Positions 52,750-64,000 of a stretch of DNA of 64,000 nucleotides are shown piece by piece (within the stretch, counting starts at the first letter, position 1; the number at the start of each line of letters is the position of its first letter). The DNA comes from Octopus vulgaris (lineage: Eukaryota): assembly GCA_951406725.2 (NCBI GenBank), contig OX597822.1:66898001-66962000 (forward strand), written 5' to 3'. The translations under genes were made by a program, and so were the position numbers. The notes under the pieces are model-generated. The model ran no database searches, was not told the origin of the DNA, and saw nothing but the letters and a program-made list of their open reading frames with translations.

Positions 52750-54680
52750 ACAGAACAACCATGTTAATGTGAGAATACATACAAGCTCTCGGTATTAATG
52801 CTGCCTCTGTCGCCAACATACGTTCCTCACTTTCAGTATCTCCCAGCCTCTTATGTTGCAGTTTGGGTGTCGTACCCGTTGCGCCAACTACCATAGTAAC
52901 AATTGTCCCCTCAGTCTTCCATATTGTTTCCACGTCTCCAGCTAGGTTCCGATACCCCTTCAGCTTCTTCCTTTTTCTCTCATGTTCAGTATATAATCAT
53001 ACAGCATTGCAATGTCTATGATCGTACACTTTCTGTTTTATATTTCTCTTCAACAATTCATATATCTTCTTGCTTCTGCGGAATGGTCAGTCTTTATGAA
53101 GACATAAATATAATTCTGAAATTATTATTCATCATCGAAGACTCTAGATCATATTCATACCATTCTCGGACAGTTTTAAATCAATCATTTGTCTAATTTC
53201 CCTGAATACATACTTACCGACACAGTCATTCCTTTGCTTGTATTCACTTTGTGCTAGCTTACATCATTCACTTAAGAGACGGTTACTACGTTTGTCTCCA
53301 TTTTCAAAGATTCCGTATCTCACTAATCAAATTCGTTCTTCTATTTTCTCTCCTATCGGCTATAATTAGCTATTTAGTTTTTCTTTGAGGTTTTCATTTG
53401 TGAACTAAAACCAGCGCTATTTGCTACTAGCATCAAATGATCAACAATCCCTTCAATTTGCTTTATGAATTGGCTATGTAATCCCTTGTCTTTCCAGCTA
53501 TTTGTCAAATCCTTCTTCAATTCAATTCCTATTTCACTAACATTTTGGTAATTCATAGTCGCAGATAATTTTCTCTCTTCATAATATATAAATAATTTCC
53601 AAATCCATTATATCAGTATTAATGGTATATTCCTCGATTAAAAATCTTCCGATACCTGCTTTCATTGGTATTTAGAGCTTAATTATGTTCCTTTAAGAGT
53701 GGTGCTCGTTGTGAAAAGTGAGCAGCTTCCTCGTACGTCTAATTCCTGTAATTTGGTCATTGTCCATTTTGGAAAAGCAGCAGAGTGTCTTAATGTTGAT
53801 ATGGCCGTTGTATACATTGCCTAATTAATATTCTCTCAAGTTAGTTGCTCCGGCTTTTTTCCGAATTCATCTAACGTTTCGAGTTTTTCTCATTTCTCGT
53901 TACCTTACTCAATCATCCTGTAGAACTTCTAGCTACATGTATGACTTGCATCCTTCACTATTTCTCAACGATCTCATAACATCTGATGGTAATTTTATAC
54001 CATCAGATTTAATGTTGAGTCTTCTCTTCATAAATGAGGCTGCATATTTATTTCCTCCAAACAGCAGGCCGATGCCCTTACTAAATATTCTTACTCACAG
54101 CTTCCTTTTCGTTGTTCCTATACTCTCTGAAATCATATATATAAATATAGGAGGTGATTTATTTTCATTCGCGTTTTCGTAATGGCAGAGGCAAGCCTGT
54201 ATTTTCTTAGTCTTCTTGTTAGAAAAATGAATGCAATGACGAAAAGTAATGTAGAAAGCACGATTAACTGGAATGAAACTCATGGGAATTTTCACATTTC
54301 CTAATGCATTTCTGCAGTTTATTTCTACTTCCTGCAATCTTCTCATTGACTCCTTCTGTCATCAATCAGCGCAAGAGCCAGCAGTGTAGAACACTACTGC
54401 AGGCTTTCTTGTAATCTTATCCAACCAATAGCTAAATATTTCTTTCTTATTCCTATTCAATGCATACTCTCTCATTACTCTGCTACTTGTTTCAGTCATT
54501 TGTCTGCGACCATGCTGGAGCACCGCCTTTAGTCGAGGAAATCGGCCCCAGGACTTATTCTTTGGAAGCCTAGTACTTATTCTATCGGTCTCTTTTTCCG
54601 AACCACTAGATTACGGTGACGTAAACACACCAGCATCGGTTGTCAAGCGATGTTGTGGGGAGAAACATAGACACACATAA

Positions 54681-54743
<63 letters not shown>

Positions 54744-55135
54744 CATATATATACGACCGGCTTCTTTCAGTATCCGTCAACCAAATCCACCCACAAGACT
54801 TTGGTCGGCCCGAAGCTATAGTAGAAGAAACTTGCCGAAGGTGCCACGCAGTGGAACTGAACCCGGAACCATGTGGTTCGTAAGCAAGCTACTTACCACA
54901 CAGACAGTCCTGCGTCTATAGAGCACTATCAAAATACAAAAGACGAACAGTCCCCTTTATTTCGTTCTACATCCGTTTTGTTCCTACTTCTCCGGATAGT
55001 AATAAATCTGCCATGAGATCAGTTAATTTCCTGAGTAAGGGTAGGCATGTAGCAGGCCTGTATTCACCGAATTACAGTTCCCTTTTCTGTATTCTGTTTA
55101 GGGTAGACTTACTTTTTGTCAGTAACCATGTCAAT
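52750..55135 (-). mobile_element. Dong/R4-like (RLE-clade) non-LTR retrotransposon remnant, RT to C-terminus
   Basis: YRPATCLPLLRKL (RT start, ~55030-55065), WKDKGLHSQF (~WxxKxLHGQF), IWKTEGTIVTMVVGATGTTPK (~MWxxxxxxIPIVIGALGxIPK); many stops; interrupted by a SINE. Confidence 0.75.
54475..54920 (-). mobile_element. SINE family 1, full length, nested in the Dong/R4-like LINE
   Basis: Collinear with 21038-21428; expanded internal (CA)n(TA)n. Confidence 0.9.
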
Positions 55136-56218
55136 TTACACGATGTTCGAGATGTTGGGAAACATAAAGGAAAGTAAACTTAAAGCAAAGAAATGGGCCA
55201 AGTGATTATGATATGATGTATTTTACTATACACACTCAAGTATCAGGCACTAGCATTAAACTGAGCAGTAGATTAATCTATGTTGTGCGGATGACTTTTG
55301 ACGAAGGGTTCACGAAACTTTCAAACTTTGTATGTGTTACGTTCCACCATGAAAATTCCAAGTATATGCTATATAAGTTGTGCTATATAAATGTTATATA
55401 ATTATATTTTACAAAGCAATCATATATTAATCATTAAAGTTCGTTTAACCTCTGTTTTCTTCGAACCTCTAATTATGCCATCCGCCACTTGATACTTGCA
55501 TAAATCTAGCAGAACAACAAAAAGTGAAAATAAAATGAGTAGCAGACAAATGGTCAAATATAATAATGTCTATTCATTTTCAACTTTCAAAGACAATTTT
55601 TTTTCTAAAATATATATTTCTTTTAATTTAAGATTCATCATTTCAAAAAATTTGATAGTATTAGTCTGGACAATTAGATCAAAAAGATCAATTGAATTTC
55701 TAAAATTTCTGAGTAATCATTTTCTATATTCAAAGAATTTTTAATAATACAATTTTATCTGAAAAACGTTTATCTTCCTGTTCTTTAGTTCCATTTTGGT
55801 TCCATTTACGTATGGAAAAATACTTTTGAAATTTGAGAAACTAGGTCGAATGAAATGCAATTCTTCATAATATAAAAGAATGTGAATTCTATGTCATAAA
55901 TAGAACATTGATTAACGAAATTCGAAGCGTTAATCAATCTTTCTTTTTGATTTCTTTTCAAATTTCTTTGCTCACATTATGTATGGCTTATTCCTTTTAA
56001 ATCCTTTACGGCACTTACTTCTTTAAATATGAAATTACAACCAGATTTAATTCAGTAAATCAGTTAAAATCTTTGACTAAAATGAATTACGATTTTGTAT
56101 TTCTAAAAAGAAAATGAATTTATATTTCCTCGCAAAGCAAATAAATCTTTAAAACTTATTTCCTATAATTCTATATCTCTGTTCCTCCTTGTCTGTCTGT
56201 CTGTCGATCTCTGTCTGC

Positions 56219-56261
<43 letters not shown>

Positions 56262-56377
56262 ACATTCTTTTTCAAATATCACTAGCAAGCAATAAAGTTA
56301 TATCATATCTTTCTAACCTGCTATCTCGAATATTTTTCCTGATACTATTCCTCCCTCTCCCTCTTTATACATTTTAG

Positions 56378-56490
<113 letters not shown>

Positions 56491-56564
56491 ACCTTCAGGA
56501 CAAGGAAATGCCCGACACAATTACTTAATGATAGGAACTATGTTTGTTTTGTTCTTTTGCTGTT

Positions 56565-56810
56565 TGTTCCTTCTCAAGCCATGCCTGGCTCATAGGACCG
56601 CTTTCCCGGTTTCCTTGGCGTGTAGGTTCCCCACATGGACGGGATGCCGGTCCGTCGCAGGTGAGCTGCAAGATGCAGGAGGAAAGGGAGAGAGAATGTT
56701 GTGGTAAAAGAGTCAGCAGAAGTTCGCCATTACCTTCTGCAGGAGCCGCGTGGAGCTTAGGTGTGTTGCTCATAAACACACACATCACCCGGTCTGAGAT
56801 TCGAACTCGC
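56565..56810 (-). mobile_element. SINE family 3, 5'-truncated
   Basis: Reverse complement matches 45315-45535 (GTTCGAATCTCAGAC..GCAGCTCACCTGCGACGG..GGCTTGAGAAGGAAC). Confidence 0.85.
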
Positions 56811-58114
56811 GAACTATACGCATGAAGAAAGACACAACTCTACCCATGAAGAAAGGCAGAACAAAATTTTAATACTATGAAGCAAACTTAATTCTAATAA
56901 TAAGAACTGTACACAAATGATAAAATTAAAACAGAGGAAAATAACACAGAAAAAATTATTTCAAATAGAATTCGATGTAAAAGAGATAAGGATAATACAT
57001 GAATAAGCACCAAGAAACAATAGAAGGCATACATAAACCAAAAACAAATAACAAAGATAGAAACACTGTGAAGATAATAAAATTTGAATATAATAAAATA
57101 GAAAGGCCAAAAACAAAACACTATGATAATGAAAATTGTGACTATTTAAATAATAACCTAAATAGGATAAGAAATGATAAAAAAAGGTAGTTATTGAGAA
57201 CTTAATCGGTATATGCAATGTAATTCTGTAAAGCATTACATCCCTTGTATAAAAGTAATTAACCTCCATAAGAGTTACTCTAAAAGGAATTGCTATGAAA
57301 ATAATATAGCGTGGTTCAAAATACCATTTACAAAACAAATTCGAATCAATATATTGAAATAATTCTACAAAGCGGTATCTAAGTAGTTTTCAAAGGAAAA
57401 TATATATCACAAAATGATAAACTCACGCAAATTAGGGGTGAATTTCTGCGTTTCGAAACACGTTGCACAAATTATATCTGCACGAAATACTAAAAAAAAA
57501 TAAATGATGTCTTTAATAATAGGAGTAAAGAAAAATACAAATGATTTACTTAACAGCCACACAAACGAAGATCATAACGATAGTAGGAAATACACAACCA
57601 ATGAAGAAAGGGAAATAAGCCTTAATGATTTTTACTTTTTAGATGCATAATACAATATTAATTGCAAAATATGAATGAAAGAAATTGAAACGTAGGCAAT
57701 ATAAAATTGACAATTATATAAATAAATTGATTTTTTCTTCGTTGAAACTCTCCATTTCTCTGATATATATAGCTTTATTTGTATGTATGTATGTATGTAT
57801 GTATGGATGGATGGATGGATGGATGTACGTACATACGGATGGATGTACGTACATACGTATGCATGTACGTGTATTATGTCTGTATGTATTATGTATATAC
57901 CTTTGTATATCTAGCAAGATGTCACAATATTAATTTTAATATAGGTATTTGGAAACGACACTTTCTGCGAACAATTCACCAATGGGTATTGACGAGGATT
58001 TAAATGGCATTTAATATTAGGACATTTTCGGTCTGGATAATTCTTGGTATCAGTCTCCACTGGGATAATACCCGGTATCATGTGGTTCGGAAGTAAGCTT
58101 CTTATCACACAGAT

Positions 58115-58900
58115 GCAGAATTACGTGCAGGGTTTCTTTCAAAACTAGAACAAGAGGACCAAGAGGCAGTAGCTCAAGAATGTCAAATAATTATCAACCT
58201 CCGACAGACCGTGAGGAGAACTGAAGAAAAATGAACAATTTAACAAAATGAATTTTTCGACCAAATGCCTGCTATATGTGGGGAGCTCTGCATTTTAAGA
58301 AAAACTGTCCATTTAAAACACGGAAATGTTTTAGCTGTCAAAAAATAGCACGTAAAAGTTCGCACTGCATAGCGAAGGGTTGGAAAAATTCTTCTAGAAA
58401 AGTTTGCTCAACCGGAAACCTTGACGACACCGAAAAAGAAAATATGTGTATGCAAAAATAAATGACGCGAACGTGAAACTACAACCAAACACAGGTAGCG
58501 ACATTATAATTATTGATGCTGTCTTGACTGAAAACATCGAAAAGTGGACGAGGAGTCACAGGTGAAAGACTTCACTTCTTAGGCGATATGGGAATCGATA
58601 TTACATATCGTAGTAAAACTGTAAAGCAAAATCGTTTGAGTTAAAAAGCGCAACAAACTCCTTCAGTACTGTCTGGAGTTGTTTGATTTATGGGACCTCC
58701 ACATATACTTGATCTTCAAAAACATGAACGATTGTACCTCCTGTAAGAATTAAGCGTTACACGAATTCACGAAAAAAATTTTAAATGCTTTTTCTAGAGT
58801 GTTGTCGGATAAATTAGGTTCGTGTGCTAAGACTGAGGCATGTTTCCAAATTAGGGAAAACGCAATAACCGTGTTCAAACTAAATGCAGTAGCTTTCTTC
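58115..58900 (+). mobile_element. Gypsy LTR retrotransposon gag-protease remnant
   Basis: Zn knuckle GALHFKKNCPFKTRKCFSCQK..SHC; protease KLQPNTGSDIIII (~LDTGSD); GVTGERLHFLG; VLSDKLGSCAKTEACFQIRENAITVFK (~VFSxxLGxCxKxxAxxxLKENAxPVF). Confidence 0.85.
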
Positions 58901-59098
58901 CGCCGAATACACGTAGCTGCTTAGTTGAAATTACCCAAATACGACAACTTTAACACGAGATAACTTCTTAAATGGGAACTTTTGTCAAAAACGTTCAGAG
59001 TAAACCGAGTTCTACGCGAGAAATTGTACCAGTATTCGGGATTTCAAACTGCTTAGTTAAAAAAATTAATTAAAAATCTGTGATTGAGACGGAATAGG

Positions 59099-59137
<39 letters not shown>

Positions 59138-59141
<4 letters not shown>

Positions 59142-59364
59142 TTTTATTCTTTTACTTGTTTCAGTCATATGTCTGCGGTCATGCTGGAGCACGCCTTTGA
59201 TCGAGCAAATGGAGTCCAGAACTTATTCCTTGTATGCCTAGTACTTATTCTATCGGACACTTTTGCCGAAGCGCTAAGTTTCAGGGACGTAAACACAACA
59301 GCATCTGTTGTGAAGCGATGTTAGGGTGACAAACACAGACACACAAACATATACACACACATGC

Positions 59365-59404
<40 letters not shown>

Positions 59405-59597
59405 ATGCATGTATGTGTATTTATATACATATATACGACAGGCTTGTTTCAGTTTCCGTCTACCAAATCCACTCACAAGGCTTTGGTCAGCCTGAGGCTA
59501 TAGTAGAAGACACTCGCTCAATGTGTCAGCAGTGGGACTGAACACGGAACCATTGGGTTGGTAAGCAAGCTACTTAGCACACAGTCACTCCTGCGCC

Positions 59598-59600
<3 letters not shown>
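59138..59600 (-). mobile_element. SINE family 1, full length
   Basis: Collinear with 21038-21428. Confidence 0.9.
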
Positions 59601-59634
<34 letters not shown>

Positions 59635-59639
59635 GTGTG

Positions 59640-59832
59640 TGTTTGTCCTCCCACCATCGCTTGAAAACTGACGTTGGTGTGTTTACGTCCCCGTAAATTA
59701 GCGGTTCGTCAAATAGATTCAGATAGAATAAGTACTAGGCCTGCAAAGAATAAGTCCTGGGATCGATGTGTTCGACTAAAGGCGGTGCTCCAGCATGACC
59801 ACTGTCGAAATGACTCAAACAAATAAAAGAAT
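59640..59832 (+). mobile_element. SINE family 1, 3' half, inverted relative to its neighbour
   Basis: GGTGTGTTTACGTCCCCGTAA..AATAAGTACTAGGC..GCGGTGCTCCAGCATG. Confidence 0.85.
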
Positions 59833-61554
59833 TAACGAATAAGCATCAGGTACCAGTTCATCGCAGATTAAGGATATATAAGGATATATCAGGTTTCTTT
59901 CTTTACTTTAGTATACATCCGCAAGTATCCCGGTCCTGACAGGTCAAGAAGTTCCCAAGTTTATTGTTTGTATGTGTGAATGTATAGGTACACCACGAGA
60001 AAGGAATTTCCTCGTAATAGGCACAGAAGTATACGGGAGCTTACTTCTACAAGCACAGAAGTTTGTGTGATGAAGCGGCATTATAAGGAATAAGTGCCCG
60101 CCTCTGCACATATTAATTGGATGCAGTAGTTAAGTGTTATTAAGCATCTGTGTGTGGGGGTGGAGGTGGGCAAAACATAAGGAAATGGAGGGGGAGATTA
60201 GATGCAATAAATGTATAACAGAAAATAATTTATTATAAACATTTCCATACACACAAAAATGAAATACTTATATGGAGTGAGTTGTGAATATTTTCTTGAT
60301 AATATTGAAATAATGAATACATTTATACACATATTTGCGTGTACACGCACACACACACAGATATATGTATGTCTATACATATTTATAGTTATATTATTAT
60401 TTATATACATTCACACATGCATGCTTATACATGTATATATATTATATGGACTTATGTATGTATGTACACATATGCACTACTTTTTCTGGTTGTCTGAGCA
60501 TGAAGGAAAATATCGGTGAAAATTAAGTATCGATTAATCAATGAATGAACGGTCAGTACAAGTGATTGAAATTGTACCTTTATCAGTGCATATCAACATT
60601 TATTAAAGATAAATACACGTTGCTGGTAACATACATACAACATTGAATGAAATAGACACAAGCTATAATTTCTGCTGGTTTGCCTGATTACCGTAAGCCT
60701 GCGGCATACCTGTACATTTGCATTCCAACACATATTATCATCTGTCTTGTAGGCTCGCAGCGTGATGCTTGCTGTGAGTCAGTGTGACGGCGTTCATGAG
60801 TGTTAAATAGGGTAAATCAGTCTAGAAACTGAACACGCGAGTTATATGCAAGAATAAACTCAAACATGAATAAATGTATACGAAAAAACCTTCGCAGAAA
60901 CGTTCACACACAAACTCGAACATAGAAACATAAATATACACGCACAACTCTTCAACATACAGAAAGGGTAATGCATCGATATTGATTTACATACAGAGGA
61001 ACGCCCATATAATTTTCAATCTAGCGTTCGAATCTACATTTTCCCTCTGTCACTATCGACCTTTGCCCCGTCAATACTTAAGCGTCTTTTTAGACTATAT
61101 CTATTTTCCTACCTGCAATACTTGTGCAGTATTTTGTCAGCTCTTGCTTAATCTAAATAAAATAATAATTTTATCATATAGATAGATACACACACGAACA
61201 CATTTAAGTACATACACATACATATAAGCTGATCCTGTATATTAGTATATGGATATAGATAGAGATGGTTGTGGTGTGGCCACTGGTACGATGCATTGGC
61301 AATTTCGATGATTCATAGCACCTTCCTTTCAATCGACCATTTTGTTATTTTCAGGTATGCAACATTGGGAGAAATAATCAAAACTGAGAATAGATATTTT
61401 CTACGCAGTATTAACATGTATTTACGTATAGTGTTAAAAATGAAACAGGATATACTTCGAATCTAGGTGAGTATACAGCACTGATAAGCGGCAGAGACAG
61501 CGAAATATCCATCAATAACAGTCATCCTGCGTAATACACAGGCACGCACACACG

Positions 61555-61603
<49 letters not shown>

Positions 61604-61637
61604 TCTGTATATATATATGTGTGTGTGTGTGTGTGTG

Positions 61638-61973
61638 AAGGCTCATGGCTCAATGGTTAGAGCGTCGAGCTAACGATCTTGAGGTTGTGAGTTCGAATCC
61701 CGAACCGGGCTGCGTGTTGTGTTCTTGAGCAAGACACTTTATTTCACGTTGCTCCAGTTCACTCAGCTGTAGAAACGAGTTGCGACGTCACAGGTGCCAA
61801 GCTGTATCGACCTTTGGCTTTCCCTTGGATAACACTGCTGGCGTGGGGAGGGGAGGCCGGTATGCATGGGTGACTGCTGGTCTTCCATAAACAACCTTGT
61901 CCAGACTTATGCCTGGGAGGGTAACTTTCTAGGTGCTCTGCCATGGTCTGTGTCGTGACCGAAGGGGGTCTCA
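61638..61973 (+). mobile_element. SINE family 3-related (same tRNA head, different 3' body)
   Basis: TGGCTCAATGGTTAGAGCG (box A), GAGTTCGAATCCC (box B), GTTGTGTTCTTGAGCAAGACAC..CACTCAGCTG as at 7716; 3' part differs. Confidence 0.85.
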
Positions 61974-61974
61974 G

Positions 61975-62059
<85 letters not shown>

Positions 62060-62330
62060 CTGGTTTGAGTTGTTAAGCATTGTTTTTCCCTTCCCTAGTT
62101 CCGCATGATCTCAGCATCCAGCCAATTAGCTCTCTGCTCATTGTATTCTTTAAAATATGGACCTAAATCGGCGTGCCATTACTCATATCGCACCCATTGC
62201 CGCAAAAGTATCTCAATCCAGCTCGGTCCTGCGAATAATAATTGTGATTTGTTCTGAGGTGATAAATGCTTGCTTGAATTTCTTCTGAAATAAATTGCTT
62301 CGTGTTTTCTTCAATGCCATATTGTTAGCT

Positions 62331-62414
<84 letters not shown>

Positions 62415-62418
<4 letters not shown>

Positions 62419-62620
62419 TTAATCCAAACAAGAAAGCACAAAGAGACACAACAACGCGAAGACGTGGAACAAATATAGTATTATTGGACGCTCAGGAAAG
62501 AAGGAAAGTAGGAGAGTCTAACGTTTCGAGCGGAGCTCTTCGTCGGAAACATAGGAGAAGGAAAGATCCAGAGAAGGGAAGACAGGGGGAAAAAATCGTC
62601 AACAGTACACACGCGATCAG
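62415..62620 (-). mobile_element. Penelope-like terminal repeat (same family as 5355-5531)
   Basis: Near-identical reverse complement; abuts (TA)n. Confidence 0.65.
62516..62550 (-). ncRNA. Minimal type-I hammerhead with variant core CCGACGA
   Basis: GTTT-CCGACGA-A-GAGC-TCC-GCTC-GAAAC-GTT-AGAC; stems I and II pair, palindromic AACGTT stem III. Confidence 0.65.
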
Positions 62621-64000
62621 GAAAAACGTGGTTTCAGTATTACCTGTGATAAACGTATATTTTCGGTGCAGTTGCTGAGAATAACAGCCTGGGAAACGAA
62701 ATAAGTGTATGAAAGGAACACCAACGGTTCCAAAAGATTTTCCTGACCGTGTACTCATCTTATATCTCCTCTGAGGTGCCTGTAACTGTTTGCGAATGTT
62801 TTTACTTTTAGAACCCTCATCGCATTATTTAGCAATTTCTCCTGCTATGCTACGATCAATTAGGTTATGCCATATTCTTATACAATCATATCCTTATAAC
62901 TATATGGGAGCTTTCTGTAAATTTGAAATATATTACATCCATTTTAGACTGGTCGAGGTACTATTTAAAACGCCAGGGTCGTTATATAGGTCACATTATT
63001 CGCTTATTTACATTGAATTTCCATTAAATTTCCATTGTAATGTCGATAATTAGATTAATTGTACATGAAGAGATGTTGCCATCTTCATAGTTACTTCTGA
63101 AACATCTTGTAATTTTTTGAATTCTCTCCTCCGAATGTGTAATTGGATAATCTTAGCTGCAAAATTTCAAAGTTAATGTGTTTACTCCAATTTATTTGAA
63201 ATGCTATGGGCCCAAGAGATATATTTCCTTATGTATTTAGAAATCCATTGATATTTCTAACAGTGATTTCCCCTTCAGGTGTAGCAAATGAGAGTGTCCT
63301 ATCCATGCGTTCATCGCCGTTGTTAGTTTCTTTCATTTAAGGCTTAAATAGGTTGAATTATATTTCGGAATACTTGTATAGGAATTTAGATCCTAATCTA
63401 CAAATAGAGACTATTGAAAATAAAAGCATCAATAACCGAAAAAAAAAACACAATGCGGTATTAGGCAAGAATAAGATTAAACACCTGAGTAACAACGTAG
63501 AAATTTAGTAGACAAAATTTCAAATTCTTGTGGACCCCCGGAAAAATATATTCTAATCCACTTGAAAGCATCTGCAATCGCCACAAATGCCTCTAGCTTA
63601 ATGCAAGTATGGCAGGGAGCCTCCGCTACAGAAAGGCAAATTTTATCAATTTCACTCACTTCTGCTCATGCATGTGTTTTATGTCGAGTAGAGGTTTCTA
63701 GGTGAATACTCACGTATAAATACACACATGTATTTTAATGCATAAGAGATGCCTATGCAGAGATGCCTATGCAGGCGAGTATACATTTCCCATTCATACA
63801 TTTATATAAATTATATTTTACGTTAATAATTTCATGGACTTAATCTGTCTTTCAAATTAATGATGGTGGCAAGCGCTATGTTTCATCTGGACCACATTGG
63901 CGTAGCCTATAGTTTATAAGCAATACTCGTAATGTCTCTCAAGGCTATGAAAGTCTTTGAAAGCAAAATTGTAATGCAAAAGATTTGCTCACAACTGGAA

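Noticed and set aside
61334-61452. Segment bounded by TTTCAG and GTGAGT
   Set aside because: Every frame has a stop at or before the donor; no support
62620-63660. Possible LINE remnant or 60-88 aa ORFs
   Set aside because: No diagnostic motif recognised

Overview
AT-rich, gene-poor eukaryotic DNA saturated with (TA)n/(CA)n/(TACA)n microsatellites and transposon debris. The SINE repertoire looks like that of Octopus (inference from remembered repeat families, not a database result). No intact protein-coding gene can be supported; nearly all ORF-track hits are microsatellite read-through (YIYI, HTHT, CVCV) or decayed TE coding sequence. The window holds three tRNA-headed SINE families; fossil fragments of Penelope-like elements (RT, GIY-YIG and minimal hammerhead ribozymes), Gypsy LTR elements, RTE, CR1-like and Dong/R4-like LINEs, Tc1/mariner, piggyBac and a Helitron; and several foldback/MITE-like hairpins. 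The most striking pattern is that one SINE family forms polarised head-to-tail stacks (14.2, 28.5, 44.2-45.8, 47.9, 49.6-51.0 kb). Copies are separated by a re-duplicated target sequence or joined at fixed sites inside the SINE head, and are ordered by tail type (A, then B, then C), with the least diverged copies on the head side. This suggests a self-targeting retroposon that leaves a chronological insertion record. A hammerhead with a non-canonical CCGACGA core shared by two copies is also notable.
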